A DNA stretch of 64,000 nucleotides from Candidatus Moraniibacteriota bacterium (GCA_016699975.1 CP064994.1:1222-65221), one strand, 5' to 3'. Positions 47,234 to 58,647 are shown, counted from the first letter of the stretch. The notes: generated by a model from the sequence alone, not told the origin. Numbers and translations are program-made.

Positions 47234-48688
47234 TCACTGCAGCGTCTCGAGGTCGATCACTTCATCGATTCGAATCTGCGAAACAAACTGGAAATCGTGA
47301 CTCACGAGAATGAGCGTTCCCCGATACCGATCAAGCGCTTCGGCAATCACTGGGAGGTGCCGAAAGTTAATATGATTGGTCGGCTCATCAAGAAGGAGCA
47401 GATCCGGTTCCTCAAGAAACAGTGTTGCAAAAAGAAGCAATCCCTTTTGTCCCTCAGAAAGACTCGATACCCGATTCTGAAGAAGACTGGCCGGCAAAAG
47501 AAAACGCGCCGCAGTTTTGTAGACGAGTTCTTTATTTTTTTCAGGAAGAGAAGCGAACAGCGTCTCGAATACCGTTTTTTCAAAATCAAGCGTAGAGAAA
47601 TCCTGTCGGTAATATCCCACTCGTACTCCAGGCAGAATGGACGCGATCGAGGTTTCGCCGCGCGCAATCGACTCGAGAAATGTGCTCTTCCCTATTCCGT
47701 TCGGCCCCGATACGAGAACATGTGTCTTCTTCTTCAGCGTGAGTTCGAGCGGGCGAACATTTGAAACCCCCCCACTCAAGAGGGAAATTCCGTGAATTGC
47801 GACGATCGGCCCCGGCCGTTCGGAACAGGCAATCTCAAACGAAGGAAGTGTTTTGTCTTCACGTCGCACATCGGCTTTATTTTCTTCGAGATCATCGGCA
47901 AGCGTACGCATACGTTTGGCAACAGAGCGAAGCTTTCCTCCTTTGTGAGCAAAGACATTGGCCTGCGCTCGCTTCTCCTTGATTGTGCGCTCGCGTCTCG
48001 CGTTTTCACTCTCGGCTTTTTCGATGCGGCGCTCTATTTCTTCAACCACATCATAATAGTCCCCCGCGTACTGCTCGATTTTTTTTGTAAAGATATCAAG
48101 ATACAGGACCCCGTTTGTGAACGAATTCAAAAAGTCAGCATCGTGAGAAATAACAAGACACGTTTTTTGGAAATTCGCGAGAAACGCTTTGAGATGCTCG
48201 ATGCCAAGGGGATCAAGATTGTTCGTCGGCTCATCGAGAAGCAAAATATCCGGATCAGAAATGAGTGCTGCCGCAAGAAGGAGGCGTGCCTGCTGACCCC
48301 CCGAAAAATCCCGGATTTTTTTCTGAAGAGGGGGCATTGGCAAGTGCACGGTCTCGAGAACGTTTTCGATACGAGCCGGGAGATTCCACTTCTTGTCTCT
48401 GAAACACTTCGCGAAAAATGCTTCGACCGACAGGTCGAGCTTATCCCGGCGTACCACCTGCCGCGCGATCGAAACACTTGCCTGCGGATCAATCGAAATT
48501 CTTCCACTGTTCGCAGTAAGCTCACCCAAAATAAGTCGGAAGAGAGAGCTCTTCCCGGCCCCATTTTGACCCATAAGCGCTGCTTTGAATCCGCTGCGAA
48601 CAGAGAAACTCACCTCTTCCAAAAGAGGTTTGTTGTGACTATATTCAAAGGAAACATTTTCGAAACGAAGTACCGTTTTGTCGGTCAT
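47234..48688 (-). CDS. ABC-F family ATPase (tandem ABC domains, no TMD)
   Basis: Two Walker A sites (GQNGAGKSSLF, GPNGIGKSTFL), two signature motifs (LSGGQQ, LSEGQK), two Walker B sites (ILLLDEPTN, LLLLDEPTN) with an inter-domain linker. Confidence 0.85.
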   Translation of the reverse strand: MTDKTVLRFENVSFEYSHNKPLLEEVSFSVRSGFKAALMGQNGAGKSSLFRLILGELTANSGRISIDPQASVSIARQVVRRDKLDLSVEAFFAKCFRDKKWNLPARIENVLETVHLPMPPLQKKIRDFSGGQQARLLLAAALISDPDILLLDEPTNNLDPLGIEHLKAFLANFQKTCLVISHDADFLNSFTNGVLYLDIFTKKIEQYAGDYYDVVEEIERRIEKAESENARRERTIKEKRAQANVFAHKGGKLRSVAKRMRTLADDLEENKADVRREDKTLPSFEIACSERPGPIVAIHGISLLSGGVSNVRPLELTLKKKTHVLVSGPNGIGKSTFLESIARGETSIASILPGVRVGYYRQDFSTLDFEKTVFETLFASLPEKNKELVYKTAARFLLPASLLQNRVSSLSEGQKGLLLFATLFLEEPDLLLLDEPTNHINFRHLPVIAEALDRYRGTLILVSHDFQFVSQIRIDEVIDLETLQ

Positions 48689-49086
48689 AAGAAAACTCAG
48701 TTGAGAGGAAAAGAGAAAGAATGAAGAATGGTGACGAAGAGAGAAAGGGCAAAGAGAAATCGATTGAAAAAGACGCCAAGGCGCCTTCCACCATGACAGA
48801 AAAATTCAAAGGAAGCAAGTGATTCTCTTTCAGAGGCTGATCTCCCATGCTCACGTGAAACCTTTTTTCTCACCGGCATACCTCACAAGACAGATCGCCC
48901 TCCAAAAAATATATTCCCAAAATTTTCTTCTCTCTGACTCGTCAACAGGAACATTCAGGTTAGGAAAAGAAATGGATTTGCTTTCGATTGAGAATTATTT
49001 TCGAGCGATACGATGGAAAACCATCAATCAGCCATGAGGAAGAGTAAGAACAACGGATCAATCGAAGCGCTGCGTCTTAGATTCAT

Positions 49087-49473
49087 TTCAACTCGTCGTC
49101 CATTTTTTTAAGCCACTCTTCGAGTGCCTTCCTCTGGTGAGTCGCCAACTTTTTCTGCTCGTCGAGCCATCCAGGAACTTCAGAATCGACTTTCGTCTGA
49201 AATCTTCTTGCTTTTTTTCTCATCTTCATCGGTCCAACCTTCCAGTTTTTTTCCGGACATTTTCCGAATTTTCTTGCTAGATGATCTCAATATATCGAGA
49301 AAGCTCTTTTTCTCCTCGACCCATTGCTCTCGTGTTTTTTCTTCGCTGGAAGCAAGCTCTTCTTGCCTTTCTCTGGGTACATCCAAAACTGATGTCATAT
49401 ATGTATTTAAGAACGTATGAGGAGAAAATTCTCGCCGCTTCACTTTTTGAGGAGTGCCCTTCTGCGGCACCAT
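49087..49473 (-). CDS. hypothetical charged (K/E-rich) protein, one frameshift in an A7 run
   Basis: The ORF-track 97-aa protein ends ...EDEKKSKKISDESRF*. The adjacent frame continues ...FQTKVDSEVPGWLDEQKKLATHQRKALEEWLKKMDDELK*. The junction is at gagaaaaaaagc. Confidence 0.3.
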
Positions 49474-49549
49474 TTTTCTTGAATAAAAATTTTTCCTCCA
49501 AGAGAATGTCCAGAAACCATCATTCTTCTTTTTTCTTTGAGAAAAAGCA

Positions 49550-52137
49550 TCATTCCATCCTCACCAGTTTTTCAAAGAGTCGCTTCGCACCTTCGACGGT
49601 CGCGAGATAGAGAATCGTAATGCCAAGAAGTGCTGCAAAGAGCGCGGGCGGAAGCGGCTCGAAACCAAACACCTTCCCGAACGGCGAGAGCGCAATTGTC
49701 CAGCCAATAAGGAGAATAATCGCGGTATTGAGAATCAGAAACCCGCTCGGCGTACTCCGAAAAAAAGGGATACGCCTCGTTCGAATAATAAAGATAACGA
49801 GAACTTGAGTCGCGAGCGATTCCAAAAACCAGCCGGTCTGAAAGGTGCGTTCCCCAAGATGAAAGACGCCGTACAAAATACCAAAGGTGAGAAAATCAAA
49901 GACCGAACTAATGGTACCGAAGACAAGCATATATCGGCGAATTCCGCGCAGGTTCCACCGCGATGGCTTTCGAATGGAAAGTGTATCGACGCGATCCGTA
50001 GGTAAGCCGATCTGCGCCGCGTCGTAGAGAAAGTTGTTCAATAAAATCTGCTGCGGCGCCATCGGAAGAAACGGCAAAAATGCAGACGCTCCCATCATCG
50101 AAAACATGTTGCCAAAATTCGAGGAGAGCCACATACGAATATACTTGAGCGTGTTCTCAAATGTCTTTCTTCCCTCTTCGATGCCGTCTTTTAAGACAGA
50201 GAAGTTTTTCTCAAGGAGAATAATGTCCGCCGCATCTTTGGCAACGGGGACTGCATTTTCAACGGAGATGCTAACATCGGAAATCTTGAGCGCCGTCACA
50301 TCATTGATGCCATCCCCCATATAACCCACTACGGTCTCGGAATCGTGCGGAGCGCGGCGATGATCCGCTCTTTCTCGGCAGGAGTCACGCGCGCAAATAC
50401 CGTCGTATGGGCAGCGAGCGCCGCCACTTCCGATTCGGAACATCCGTCGATATCTTTTCCAAGTGCGATTCCCTGAACCGGGATACCGATATCGGAACAG
50501 ATTTTTTTGGTGAGGATTTCGCTGTCTCCGGTCAAAATTTTTACGGAGACGCCGCGCTCCGCGAGTTCGGCAATAGTTTGCGCCGCATCTTTCTTGGGCG
50601 GATCAAGAAAAGCGGCAAATCCGACGAACGTCATCCCGGATTCATCCTCGACGCTGTATGTGTAGTCATCCGCGTCCAGCACCTTGGTAGCGATCGCAAG
50701 AACGCGGAATCCTTCCTCGAAAAATCGCTCCGCCATTTTTTCAAGCGTTCGAAGCCGCTCAGGACTGATCGGCACCAGTTTTCCTGCTTCCGAGATCGAC
50801 GAGGCGATGGAGAAAATATGTTCGGGCGCGCCTTTCGTCGTCAGTATTTTTTTCCCCGCACGAGAAACAACGAGCGACTGGCGACGGCGAACGAAATCGA
50901 ACGGCACTTCGTCGACTTTTTCGAACGCGGAAATATCCGGCGTTCCGTGTTCAACAATCGCCCTATCGAGAGGGTTTTTGACTCCCGTCTGAAAGACGCT
51001 GTTCAAAAACGAATAGAGAAACACCTCTTCGGAATCGCGGCCGTCACCGTCAACATGACGCACGAGAGTAATGCGATCTTCGGTTAAGGTTCCCGTCTTA
51101 TCGGTACAGAGAATCGTCATACTGCCGAAATTTTGAATAGACGAGAGCGTCTTCACGACGGCATGTTTTTTCGCCATGCGCACCGATCCGCGCGCGAGAG
51201 AGACTGAGAGCATTACCGGCAAGAGTTCTGGCGTGAGGCCAATCGCGATTGCAATCGAAAATGTGAGCGCGTCCAAAAAATCCCGGCCGAGAAGCGTGTT
51301 CACGATAAGCACGATCCCCACGAGTATGAAATTGAGGCGCATGATAAAGAGACTGAACGATCGGATATGTTTCTCGAAATCCGTTTCCCGCGTCCCACTC
51401 GAAAGTTTTTGCACTATTTTTCCATACTCCGTCTCTTTGCCAGTCGCCAAAACTCGCACCGTTGCAAAACCAGACACAACACTCGTCCCCAAAAATACCC
51501 GATCGAGACGTTCCGAAATCCTCTCTGTTGTCGCTCCATCCGAAAGCGGGCGCTTCTCAACCGGAAATGCTTCTCCCGTAAACGCAGACTGGTTTACAAA
51601 AAAATCGCGTGCCTCAAGAATCTCTCCATCCGCTGCAACAAGACTTCCCGCGGAAAGAAGAAGAATGTCTCCCGGCACTACCCGACGCGCGTCGATCTCA
51701 CACTCTTCGCGATCACGGCGGACACGCGCCAATGTCTTCACCCGTTCCGCCAACTTCACGGATATTTTCTCGGATCGATACGTATTCACGAAGTCGACAA
51801 TGGCAGAGATAAAAACCATCGCCACGATGATTACCGCATTCGTTTTTTCCCCGAGAACGAAAAACGAGGTCCCAGCGATTGCAAGGAGAATAATGAGAAG
51901 CGGGCTGTTAAATTCTTTCAAAAATTCAAGAACCGGTCGAAAGGGCCGAGACTCCGACACCACATTCATTCCGTATTCCAAGAGTCTCTGCTTCGCTTCT
52001 TCAGAGGAGAGTCCCGCTGCCGCATCTATCGCCGTCAATTTCGATTGCTCTTCCTGCGCCATAGGTTTAGTCAAAAGATGTATCGGCAACATTACCGCGC
52101 ACTCCATGTGAAAAGAAAATGACTGCTTTATCCACAA
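49550..52137 (-). CDS. mgtA: Mg2+-importing P-type ATPase (MgtA-like, P3B), split by a frameshift (ORFs 50329..52137 + 49550..50443)
   Basis: N-terminal ORF: ...ICTDKTGTLTEDRI..., KILTGDSEI. C-terminal ORF: MGDGINDVTALKISDVSISV... and C-terminal TM helices. The junction ...AEKERIIAALR|...ETVVGYMGDGINDV falls inside the conserved hinge. Confidence 0.85.
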
Positions 52138-52259
52138 GAGTATCGCGACTCAAAACTTTCTCCTCTCGACTTACTTGATGAACGATTCCAGAAAAACTTT
52201 GTTCTCCCTTCCCGGGGAAAAAATCAAAAAAAATAATCAGAGAATCTCGATCGCTCCCA

Positions 52260-52772
52260 TCAGTCATCTGAACACACTCCGTCTGCCCAGAGTCCGCGCC
52301 TTGCTTCGCGCGCCTCACGCTCAGCCTCACGAAAAAGATCTTGATGCGCCACATCGGGCGGATAGGCGGACGCGCGCGCAAATCCATCCCGAACAAGCAC
52401 TTCGTTTACAAACGTGTCTCCCACATAGACGTAGCGCAACAGTCGACCATATTTATCCGTTTCGGAAACATCTTTTTCGAGACGCACAGATTTTCCCGAA
52501 ACGAGTTCAATATTTCGCTTGCTCGCTTCTTTTCCAAAACACTGAGCGCCGCGCCTCGGATCAACTGTTTCCGGCGTATCGATGCCGATATAGCGGAGTG
52601 TTTTCCCATTTGAAAGTTTTACGGTATCGCCATCGACCACACGCTCCACTTGCACCGTATCGCGTTCGTTCGGAGCAGGAAAAATTCGCTCGTGAGAAAG
52701 AGAGAAGAGTGCTGCGAGAAGAAACACTGTCATCCCAAAAAGTGTTCTTCGAAACGATCTTGTGAAACGCAT
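52260..52772 (-). CDS. secreted thermonuclease (staphylococcal nuclease/SNase homologue)
   Basis: Signal peptide, then VVDGDTVKL...RYIGIDTPE...RLLRYVYV...DGFA, the SNase catalytic motifs. Confidence 0.75.
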   Translation of the reverse strand: MRFTRSFRRTLFGMTVFLLAALFSLSHERIFPAPNERDTVQVERVVDGDTVKLSNGKTLRYIGIDTPETVDPRRGAQCFGKEASKRNIELVSGKSVRLEKDVSETDKYGRLLRYVYVGDTFVNEVLVRDGFARASAYPPDVAHQDLFREAEREAREARRGLWADGVCSDD

Positions 52773-52781
52773 ACGGAACCC

Positions 52782-53516
52782 TTAGTGTGACACATGCGTT
52801 TCCGAGCTTCGAGAAGCAAGGAAGGAGCGGTACCGAGACGAGATTTGATCCCGTACGCTCACCAAGATACTCGGCATACCACGATATGCCCAAAACTTGA
52901 GAAGCAGGTAGATTCCCAACACAAAAAACGTCGGCGGGATCGCCCTTTGAACACCAGCACCATGCTCCGTCGCAAACTTATGGAAGACCGCAAAAAAAAG
53001 AAGGGGGTAGGCCAAGAACTGCACACGTTTCCAATAAATGCCGAGCCACTTTGTCGAGAAATCGTTTGAGGTAAGAAGAAGCGGGACCGTAAGAAGAAGC
53101 GCGCAAACGCCAAGCGCGAAGGCCGAATCAACAAACGACGAACTCACAAATCCCCACGCACCCGTATTCGGATTCAATTGAAAAAGATCAAATAAATATC
53201 CCGAACCATGAACAATGGCGAGCGCGCCCATCAAAATCCCCAGTTGCCGACGGTAGCTCATGAGAAGAACAAGGAGCCGCATGCCAAGAATTTTTGAAAT
53301 GGGACTGAGAAAGAGCAAAAAGAGAAGTACGTTGAGCGCCTGTTCGCCGAAATCCTTCCGCCACTCCGGCACAAAAATTCCAAGAAGCGAAAAGAAAGCG
53401 AAAAAAAGAAGGGTGCGCTTTAGGAGAACCATGTTCCGTACCAGAATATTCGAAACGCGATCGTGAAGAAGAAAAATCGTATTCATAAAAGTAAAGTGAA
53501 TGTCACACTCATACAA
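52782..53516 (-). CDS. ferric-reductase-like transmembrane heme-binding protein (MsrQ/YedZ-like)
   Basis: 6 TM helices with conserved His pairs (AIVHGSGYLF; WKRVQFLAYPLLFFAVFHKF), matching MsrQ/YedZ. The real start is probably Met29. The C-terminal ~25 aa are possibly out of frame. Confidence 0.45.
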   Translation of the reverse strand: MYECDIHFTFMNTIFLLHDRVSNILVRNMVLLKRTLLFFAFFSLLGIFVPEWRKDFGEQALNVLLFLLFLSPISKILGMRLLVLLMSYRRQLGILMGALAIVHGSGYLFDLFQLNPNTGAWGFVSSSFVDSAFALGVCALLLTVPLLLTSNDFSTKWLGIYWKRVQFLAYPLLFFAVFHKFATEHGAGVQRAIPPTFFVLGIYLLLKFWAYRGMPSILVSVRDQISSRYRSFLASRSSETHVSH

Positions 53517-53718
53517 GATCTTCCTGAATGCCTTTCAAAAACTTCGACAGAATCAGGTCCGTCCAAGAAGAACTTTTACAGCGCCTCTCATAGAAAAGAA
53601 AGTGTCGTATGGATCGCTCTCTTTTGAGTATAAAACGTTTCGGGAGTTTTCGGAAAAATAGCCTTCCCCCACTTGAAACTCGAAATGCTTTTCGGATTTC
53701 ATCCAAAAAGTGAATTGC

Positions 53719-54222
53719 TTAAGGGTTGAGCGATTCCCATGCGAGTATCGCTTTCTTTCGACGAGTTCCCCATCGGTACCCACCAATCGTCGCATCGGAT
53801 CGAATCACGCGGTGACACGGAATAAAAAGTGAAATCGGATTCGCGCCGATCGCCGTACCAACGGCGCGCACGGCCCGAGGATGTCCGATTCGTCGCGCGA
53901 CTTCGGCATAGGTCGCTGTCTTCCCGCGCGGAATATCAAGAAGCGCCTTCCACACGGCGCACTGAAACGGTGTGCCCGAGAACCGAAAGAGCACCCTGGG
54001 CAATGTGCGATTTTCCGAAAGGAATGTTTGCGCCTTCTCATGCCATTTCGCCTCCCCTTGAGAAATCGAGGCTTCTGGAAACTCATTTCGGAGAAGAGCT
54101 ATTGCCGCATCATGACCTGCCTCAGAAAATCCTGCGAAACAAATTTTCTCGGCTGTGCCCAGAACCACCAGAGATCCAAAAGGCGCTTCATACCGAGTGA
54201 AAATGAGTGCTTCTTTTTTCAT
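53719..54222 (-). CDS. ogt: methylated-DNA--protein-cysteine methyltransferase
   Basis: IPCHRVIRSDATIGGYRWG active-site PCHR motif, and HTH YAEVARRIGHPRAVRAVGTAIGANPISL. Confidence 0.8.
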   Translation of the reverse strand: MKKEALIFTRYEAPFGSLVVLGTAEKICFAGFSEAGHDAAIALLRNEFPEASISQGEAKWHEKAQTFLSENRTLPRVLFRFSGTPFQCAVWKALLDIPRGKTATYAEVARRIGHPRAVRAVGTAIGANPISLFIPCHRVIRSDATIGGYRWGTRRKKAILAWESLNP

Positions 54223-54700
54223 ACGCTCCTGAGGACCCGAGAAAAATCATGCACCCCTCACCTCCCACATTCGCCTCACACATTTCTCTTACATTTTTTC
54301 TCGAATTGTCTTGAGAACTGAAACGCTCACAAGAAGAATGGAGGCTGGAGAGGCAAGACGTAACAAGTCAGTAATTTCCAAATGAAAACGACGAAACCAA
54401 GAAGTGGTCCCAAAAATTCGAGCAGATTGAAAACCCCGAACCACAGTACCGTCACAAAAAAGGATTCGTGTTGGCACCTGCATCGACCGCATTTGGTCTA
54501 TTTGCGGGACGTCCGACCGAGAAGTCGGTCAACAAAAGTGCGCAGAAGAAAAATTCCCGCGACGACTAATACCTTTCTCAGTATCGTTTTCATATGAGTG
54601 AAGAAAAAAGTTATCAAAAAAGAGACTCAGCCAAAATTGCACAACATCGATCAGAACGTGAATAGGTTTTCCTCAAGAAAAAACATTTTCCGACAAGGCG

Positions 54701-55551
54701 TTAGAGAGATCGCTTGCGAGGTGATGTGGCGAAGATTGCAACTGCTTCCGCGCCCAAAAAAAGAATGTGCGATGAATAATAAATCCAGAGCAGAATAAGA
54801 AGTATGGAGCCCGCCGCGCCGGAAGAAGAAACCGCGCCGCTTCTTCCCAAGTAAAGGCCGAGCAGGGTTTTGCCGATGACGAAAAGAACAGCCGTAAACA
54901 ACGCGCCGCGGAGAATTGGTTTCCACGAAAAGCGCGTATCCGGAATAAAACGAAAGAGAAGAGCAAAAATGCCAAAGATCAGTAGGAAAGAAAGACATCC
55001 ACTCAGAAGACTCCAGATACCCGCCGGAAATATGGGGAGGAGATAAGAAGCGGAGTCCAACAAAAACTGAGGACTGCGGTAAGAACAAGTGAGACAAGAA
55101 GCAGAAATCCCGTCGCAATCACCATCCCGAAACTGAAAAAGTTTTGTTTCAAAAATCCGAAAATCCCACCTTTTTCTCGGCAATATCAAAGATACGATTC
55201 AGACTGCTTTTGAGTTCCTTGAAGACACTCGCCGCCCCAACAAGCAACAAAACAAATCCAAGAAGAGCGAAGACCCCTCCTTTTTGAAGCCGAGTCGTTC
55301 GAAGCCATCATACTTCTCAATGTCTCTTCTCCTTCTCTTCCCAAGAATGCGCTCGCTTCGGAAAGGACGACCCGTTCCGCTTCCGTCGTCCCAAAAACGA
55401 TGCCAACGATACCAACCAAAATGATAAGAAGTGGAGAAAGCGAAAACACGGCATAATACGAAAGAGCCGCACTCATACGCGACACCTCGTGATCAAGAAA
55501 TCGCGCAAGCATCTCCGAGAAGAATGACCGTATAGAGGCAAAGTATTTCAT
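54701..55551 (-). CDS. yihY: YihY/BrkB-family membrane protein, frameshifted (ORFs 55186..55551 + 54701..55189)
   Basis: MSAALSYYAVFSLSPLLIILVGIVG in the first ORF and ...YYSSHILFLGAEAVAIF in the second correspond to the N- and C-terminal conserved blocks of YihY. Confidence 0.6.
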
Positions 55552-55680
55552 AGAAATATTCTCTTATGAAGCTTTTAATCTCAGCACAAAGATTCTCTCT
55601 CCACCATACTCGGAACCTCCAAAAAAAGAAAGCGGGGACGAATCCCCGCCTTTTAAAAAGGAGTAAAGTGCGCATTGGAG

Positions 55681-56757
55681 TTAGAGAAGCGTCGTCTTTA
55701 CCACCAGTCGCTTCCATGTAGTATTGAGCGGCCAACAGGTCACGAGCGTAGCGCGTGGCACTTCCGACTCCGCAAAAATACGGGCATCGTCAGGAGAAGC
55801 CACGAATTTTTCATCCACACGATACGTATACTCCTGCCGATTTCCATTTTGCTGCGTCAGCACCACTTTGACAGTGTCTCCCGCCTCCAGGTCATTTAAA
55901 TTGCGAAAGATATAATTGTACGCGCCCGGCGCCCAAGCGTAGTTGCTGCTGTGTGCGGTAATCATAGCATTGCCCTTTTGCCCGGGAGTCGCCGTGTCGG
56001 GGTAAAGGACTGCTCCGCGCTCCAAATCTTTCTCGATTGCCGCATCTTCCGTATCTTCGGAAAGAACAATCGGCACGGCTACGTTAATTTTTGAAATGAA
56101 GAGCTCGACTTTCGGACGAGCATCTCCCGGAGCCGAAGGATCGTAGCCGTCTCGAATTTCTTGTCCGTCCGAGAATCCATCTCCGTCAGAATCAAGAACG
56201 ATCGGATTCGTTCCAAACGTGTACTCGTCCCGAGTCACAATTCCGTCTCCGTCTCGATCATCGAGACTCTCGTCTTTTCGAAGAGAAAGTCCGTACTGTT
56301 TCTCCCACTGGTCTGGAATTGCGTTTTCGTTCGTGTCGGCAATACCGGAGCCGTTCGGATTTTGTCCGCGGTCGACTTCCTCGCCATCGTGTTTCCCGTC
56401 CCGGTCAGTATCGGCTTCAAGTGGATTCGTATGGTACAAATATTCGCCAAGCAGATCGAGCCCGTCCTGATCGGCATCAACATAGAGATCCTCCTTCGTC
56501 TTGACGGTAAGGCTATACTGATCAAGCCACTCAGGAGCAATACTAAGGCGCGCATCGTCTTCACGGTCGAGTGTTTTGAGTTGTTCCGCGCGGTTTTTGG
56601 AAACCGTGAAGCTGTCCCGAAAATCGGAAGTCAAGAGCCACAAGCCTCCAAAAAATACTCCTCCAAAAATGAGAACCGTAATCGGAGAAAATCGAAACGG
56701 CTTGCGAGAAAATTCCCGAAACGAAAGAGAGGGATCAATTTCGGAAGAAAATTTCAT
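55681..56757 (-). CDS. sortase-family transpeptidase with Asp-rich calcium-binding-like (thrombospondin type-3-like DxDxDG) linker
   Basis: N-terminal TM anchor; middle DADQDGLDLLGE, DTDRDGKHDGEE, DDRDGDGIVTRDE, DSDGDGFSDGQE repeats; C-terminal catalytic domain with NAMITAHS (His), TLVTCWP (TLxTC Cys) and downstream Arg. Confidence 0.6.
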   Translation of the reverse strand: MKFSSEIDPSLSFREFSRKPFRFSPITVLIFGGVFFGGLWLLTSDFRDSFTVSKNRAEQLKTLDREDDARLSIAPEWLDQYSLTVKTKEDLYVDADQDGLDLLGEYLYHTNPLEADTDRDGKHDGEEVDRGQNPNGSGIADTNENAIPDQWEKQYGLSLRKDESLDDRDGDGIVTRDEYTFGTNPIVLDSDGDGFSDGQEIRDGYDPSAPGDARPKVELFISKINVAVPIVLSEDTEDAAIEKDLERGAVLYPDTATPGQKGNAMITAHSSNYAWAPGAYNYIFRNLNDLEAGDTVKVVLTQQNGNRQEYTYRVDEKFVASPDDARIFAESEVPRATLVTCWPLNTTWKRLVVKTTLL

Positions 56758-56904
56758 AGGCTCAACTCAAAGAGTAATCATCATTCCCTCGAAAGAGCAA
56801 TTGCTACGATAACAGGCGATAATAGCATAGAAATTACTATGTGTCAACACTTTTCGGCAAAGGAAGTCTCTTCCTTGGCTTAGGAAAGCCATGTATAAAC
56901 TTCC

Positions 56905-56948
56905 GAGAAAAAAGAAACCCCTCAGCATTCAGCATTATGCATGAGGGG
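56905..56948 (-). terminator. rho-independent terminator (minus strand) downstream of 57016..57249
   Basis: Plus strand gagaaaaaagaaacccctcagcattcagcattatgcatgagggg. The CCCCUCA/UGAGGGG stem on the minus strand is followed by a UUUCUUUUUUCUC run. Confidence 0.45.
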
Positions 56949-57015
56949 ATAAAAAAGTTCTGAAAACAATACTATAACAAATATAATAATAGTAACTGGA
57001 TTTTTTGGGAAACCT

Positions 57016-57249
57016 CTAAACCACCCGGATCCTGTGCCTCACGACGGGTTTATGCGCGAAACAGAGATCCCCCCCATTGTATCTACTTAATTTTTTTCCA
57101 CATTCCGTGCAGCACCTCTGAGTCCCTCCTCGGGTTATTCCATCTTTCTCTTTCTTCTTGCTCCTTGGCGGTCTCTCAACTAACGAAAAATAATTTGTAT
57201 CAGAATGTCGTAAGCCGTCTCTTGCTCCTCTTATGAAACATCCGCTCAT
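57016..57249 (-). CDS. possible small zinc-ribbon protein (77 aa)
   Basis: CCTECGKKLSRYNGGDLCFAH gives a C-x2-C ... C-x2-H spacing. Has its own downstream terminator. Otherwise weak. Confidence 0.25.
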   Translation of the reverse strand: MSGCFIRGARDGLRHSDTNYFSLVERPPRSKKKEKDGITRGGTQRCCTECGKKLSRYNGGDLCFAHKPVVRHRIRVV

Positions 57250-57504
57250 CTTCTTTACCTCTTTAAAAAAACTTGACTAAAATCCGCCCAGAAAACATAC
57301 GGGGCGACGAGTTGGGAAAGAACGCCCCCACCATAGCAAAGAATGTCAACTTCGTCAATAGTCATCGACACTTTGAAAAAGGTGGCGGTTTGACCGTCAA
57401 GCGCTTCTTTGGTAGCGTGGAGTACTTACGGACACGAAGAGTTGCTTTCTTCCTCTTGCACGTCCGAACGACACCAAAAACCCACCCCTCCCCTTCCTGA
57501 ACAT

Positions 57505-58647
57505 ATGTCACTCCCTCTCGAACTGCAGGTCAAAGAACTTCTCGAAAAATCTTCTTCCGTCCTGATCCTCCTCCCAAGAGAACAAAACGGAGATGCATTT
57601 GGTGCGGCGGCCGGCCTCGGCGCTTTTTTTGAGAAAATAGGAAAGAGCGTCACTCTCTCCGGGGAAGACGCGGAAGATTCATCGAAGCGTTTCGCATTTC
57701 TTCATCCACCCAAAACCGTTGTTCCCACCATTTCCGGTGTTCGAGAATTCATCCTCTCCTTCAACACGAAGCGAAATGACATTGTCTCAGTCCGAAGTGA
57801 ACGAACCGACGATGCCTACAATATCTTCATCACTCCCGAAAAAGGATCGATTGATCCGCGGGACTTCTCGTTCATCCCAGCAAAATTTTCATTCGACTTA
57901 GTCATAGTGACCGGTGCGCCCGACAAAGAATCCCTTGGCCTCATCGCTTCCGAAAATCCCGATATTTTTTACGAGGTGCCCGTCATTACGCTCGACTGCC
58001 GCGCCGAGAGCGAACGATTCGGTCAAGTAAACATCGTCGATGTAACCGCTTCGACGACAAGTGAGGTCGTCACAAAGCTCCTCGAAAAAATCGGCGGGCC
58101 GCACTTCGATGCTCGAGTAGCAGGACTTCTCTTGGGCGGCATCGTCTCGGGCACCGAAAGCTTTCAGAAAGAGACGACGACCCCAGGGGCACTCCATGCC
58201 GCCTCTCAGCTTATGGATCGCGGTGCCGATCAGCACGACATCATTTTTCGCCTAGTGAAAACGCAACCCCTCTCCCTCCTCAAACTCTGGGGGCGCGCCA
58301 TGGCAAACCTCAGATGGGACGATGCAAAAAAAACCATGTGGGCCCAAATTTCCCAAAAAGATGTTGCCGAAACCGGTTCACGACCGACCGACATCCCGCT
58401 CATTCTCGAAAAAATAAAAAGTCATTCATCTCTCGGGAATACCGTCATCATTTTTTCGACCTCTTCCGACAGTCCCGTCGTGGTAACAATAAAGAGTACC
58501 GATTCGGTGCTGGAGACGCTTTCCACCACATTTCCAAACACGCTGCGCCGCGGCGATGTTCTCGCGATTCCCCTGGAGATCACAAGCTTCTCCGATGCGG
58601 AAGCGCTTATTCTCAAAGAAATCCCCACGGAATCATCGGCGAAATAA
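57505..58647 (+). CDS. nrnA: DHH-family phosphoesterase (NrnA-like nanoRNase / pAp phosphatase)
   Basis: VLILLPREQNGDAFGAAAGL (DHH motifs I-II), LLLGGIVSGTESF (motif III-like) and DHHA1-like C-terminal domain. Start placed at MSLPLELQ; the ORF-track Met is at 57409. Confidence 0.65.
   Translation: MSLPLELQVKELLEKSSSVLILLPREQNGDAFGAAAGLGAFFEKIGKSVTLSGEDAEDSSKRFAFLHPPKTVVPTISGVREFILSFNTKRNDIVSVRSERTDDAYNIFITPEKGSIDPRDFSFIPAKFSFDLVIVTGAPDKESLGLIASENPDIFYEVPVITLDCRAESERFGQVNIVDVTASTTSEVVTKLLEKIGGPHFDARVAGLLLGGIVSGTESFQKETTTPGALHAASQLMDRGADQHDIIFRLVKTQPLSLLKLWGRAMANLRWDDAKKTMWAQISQKDVAETGSRPTDIPLILEKIKSHSSLGNTVIIFSTSSDSPVVVTIKSTDSVLETLSTTFPNTLRRGDVLAIPLEITSFSDAEALILKEIPTESSAK

Noticed and set aside
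47792-48724. 310-aa plus-strand ORF
   Set aside because: Antisense to the ABC-F ATPase gene.
51176-52122. 311-aa and 251-aa plus-strand ORFs
   Set aside because: Antisense to mgtA-like ATPase.
54223-54700. 480-bp gap between ogt and yihY with several 60-70-aa ORFs on both strands
   Set aside because: All candidate ORFs are basic or low-complexity with no start-site support. Left unannotated rather than called.
56161-56883. 240-aa plus-strand ORF
   Set aside because: Antisense to the sortase gene.
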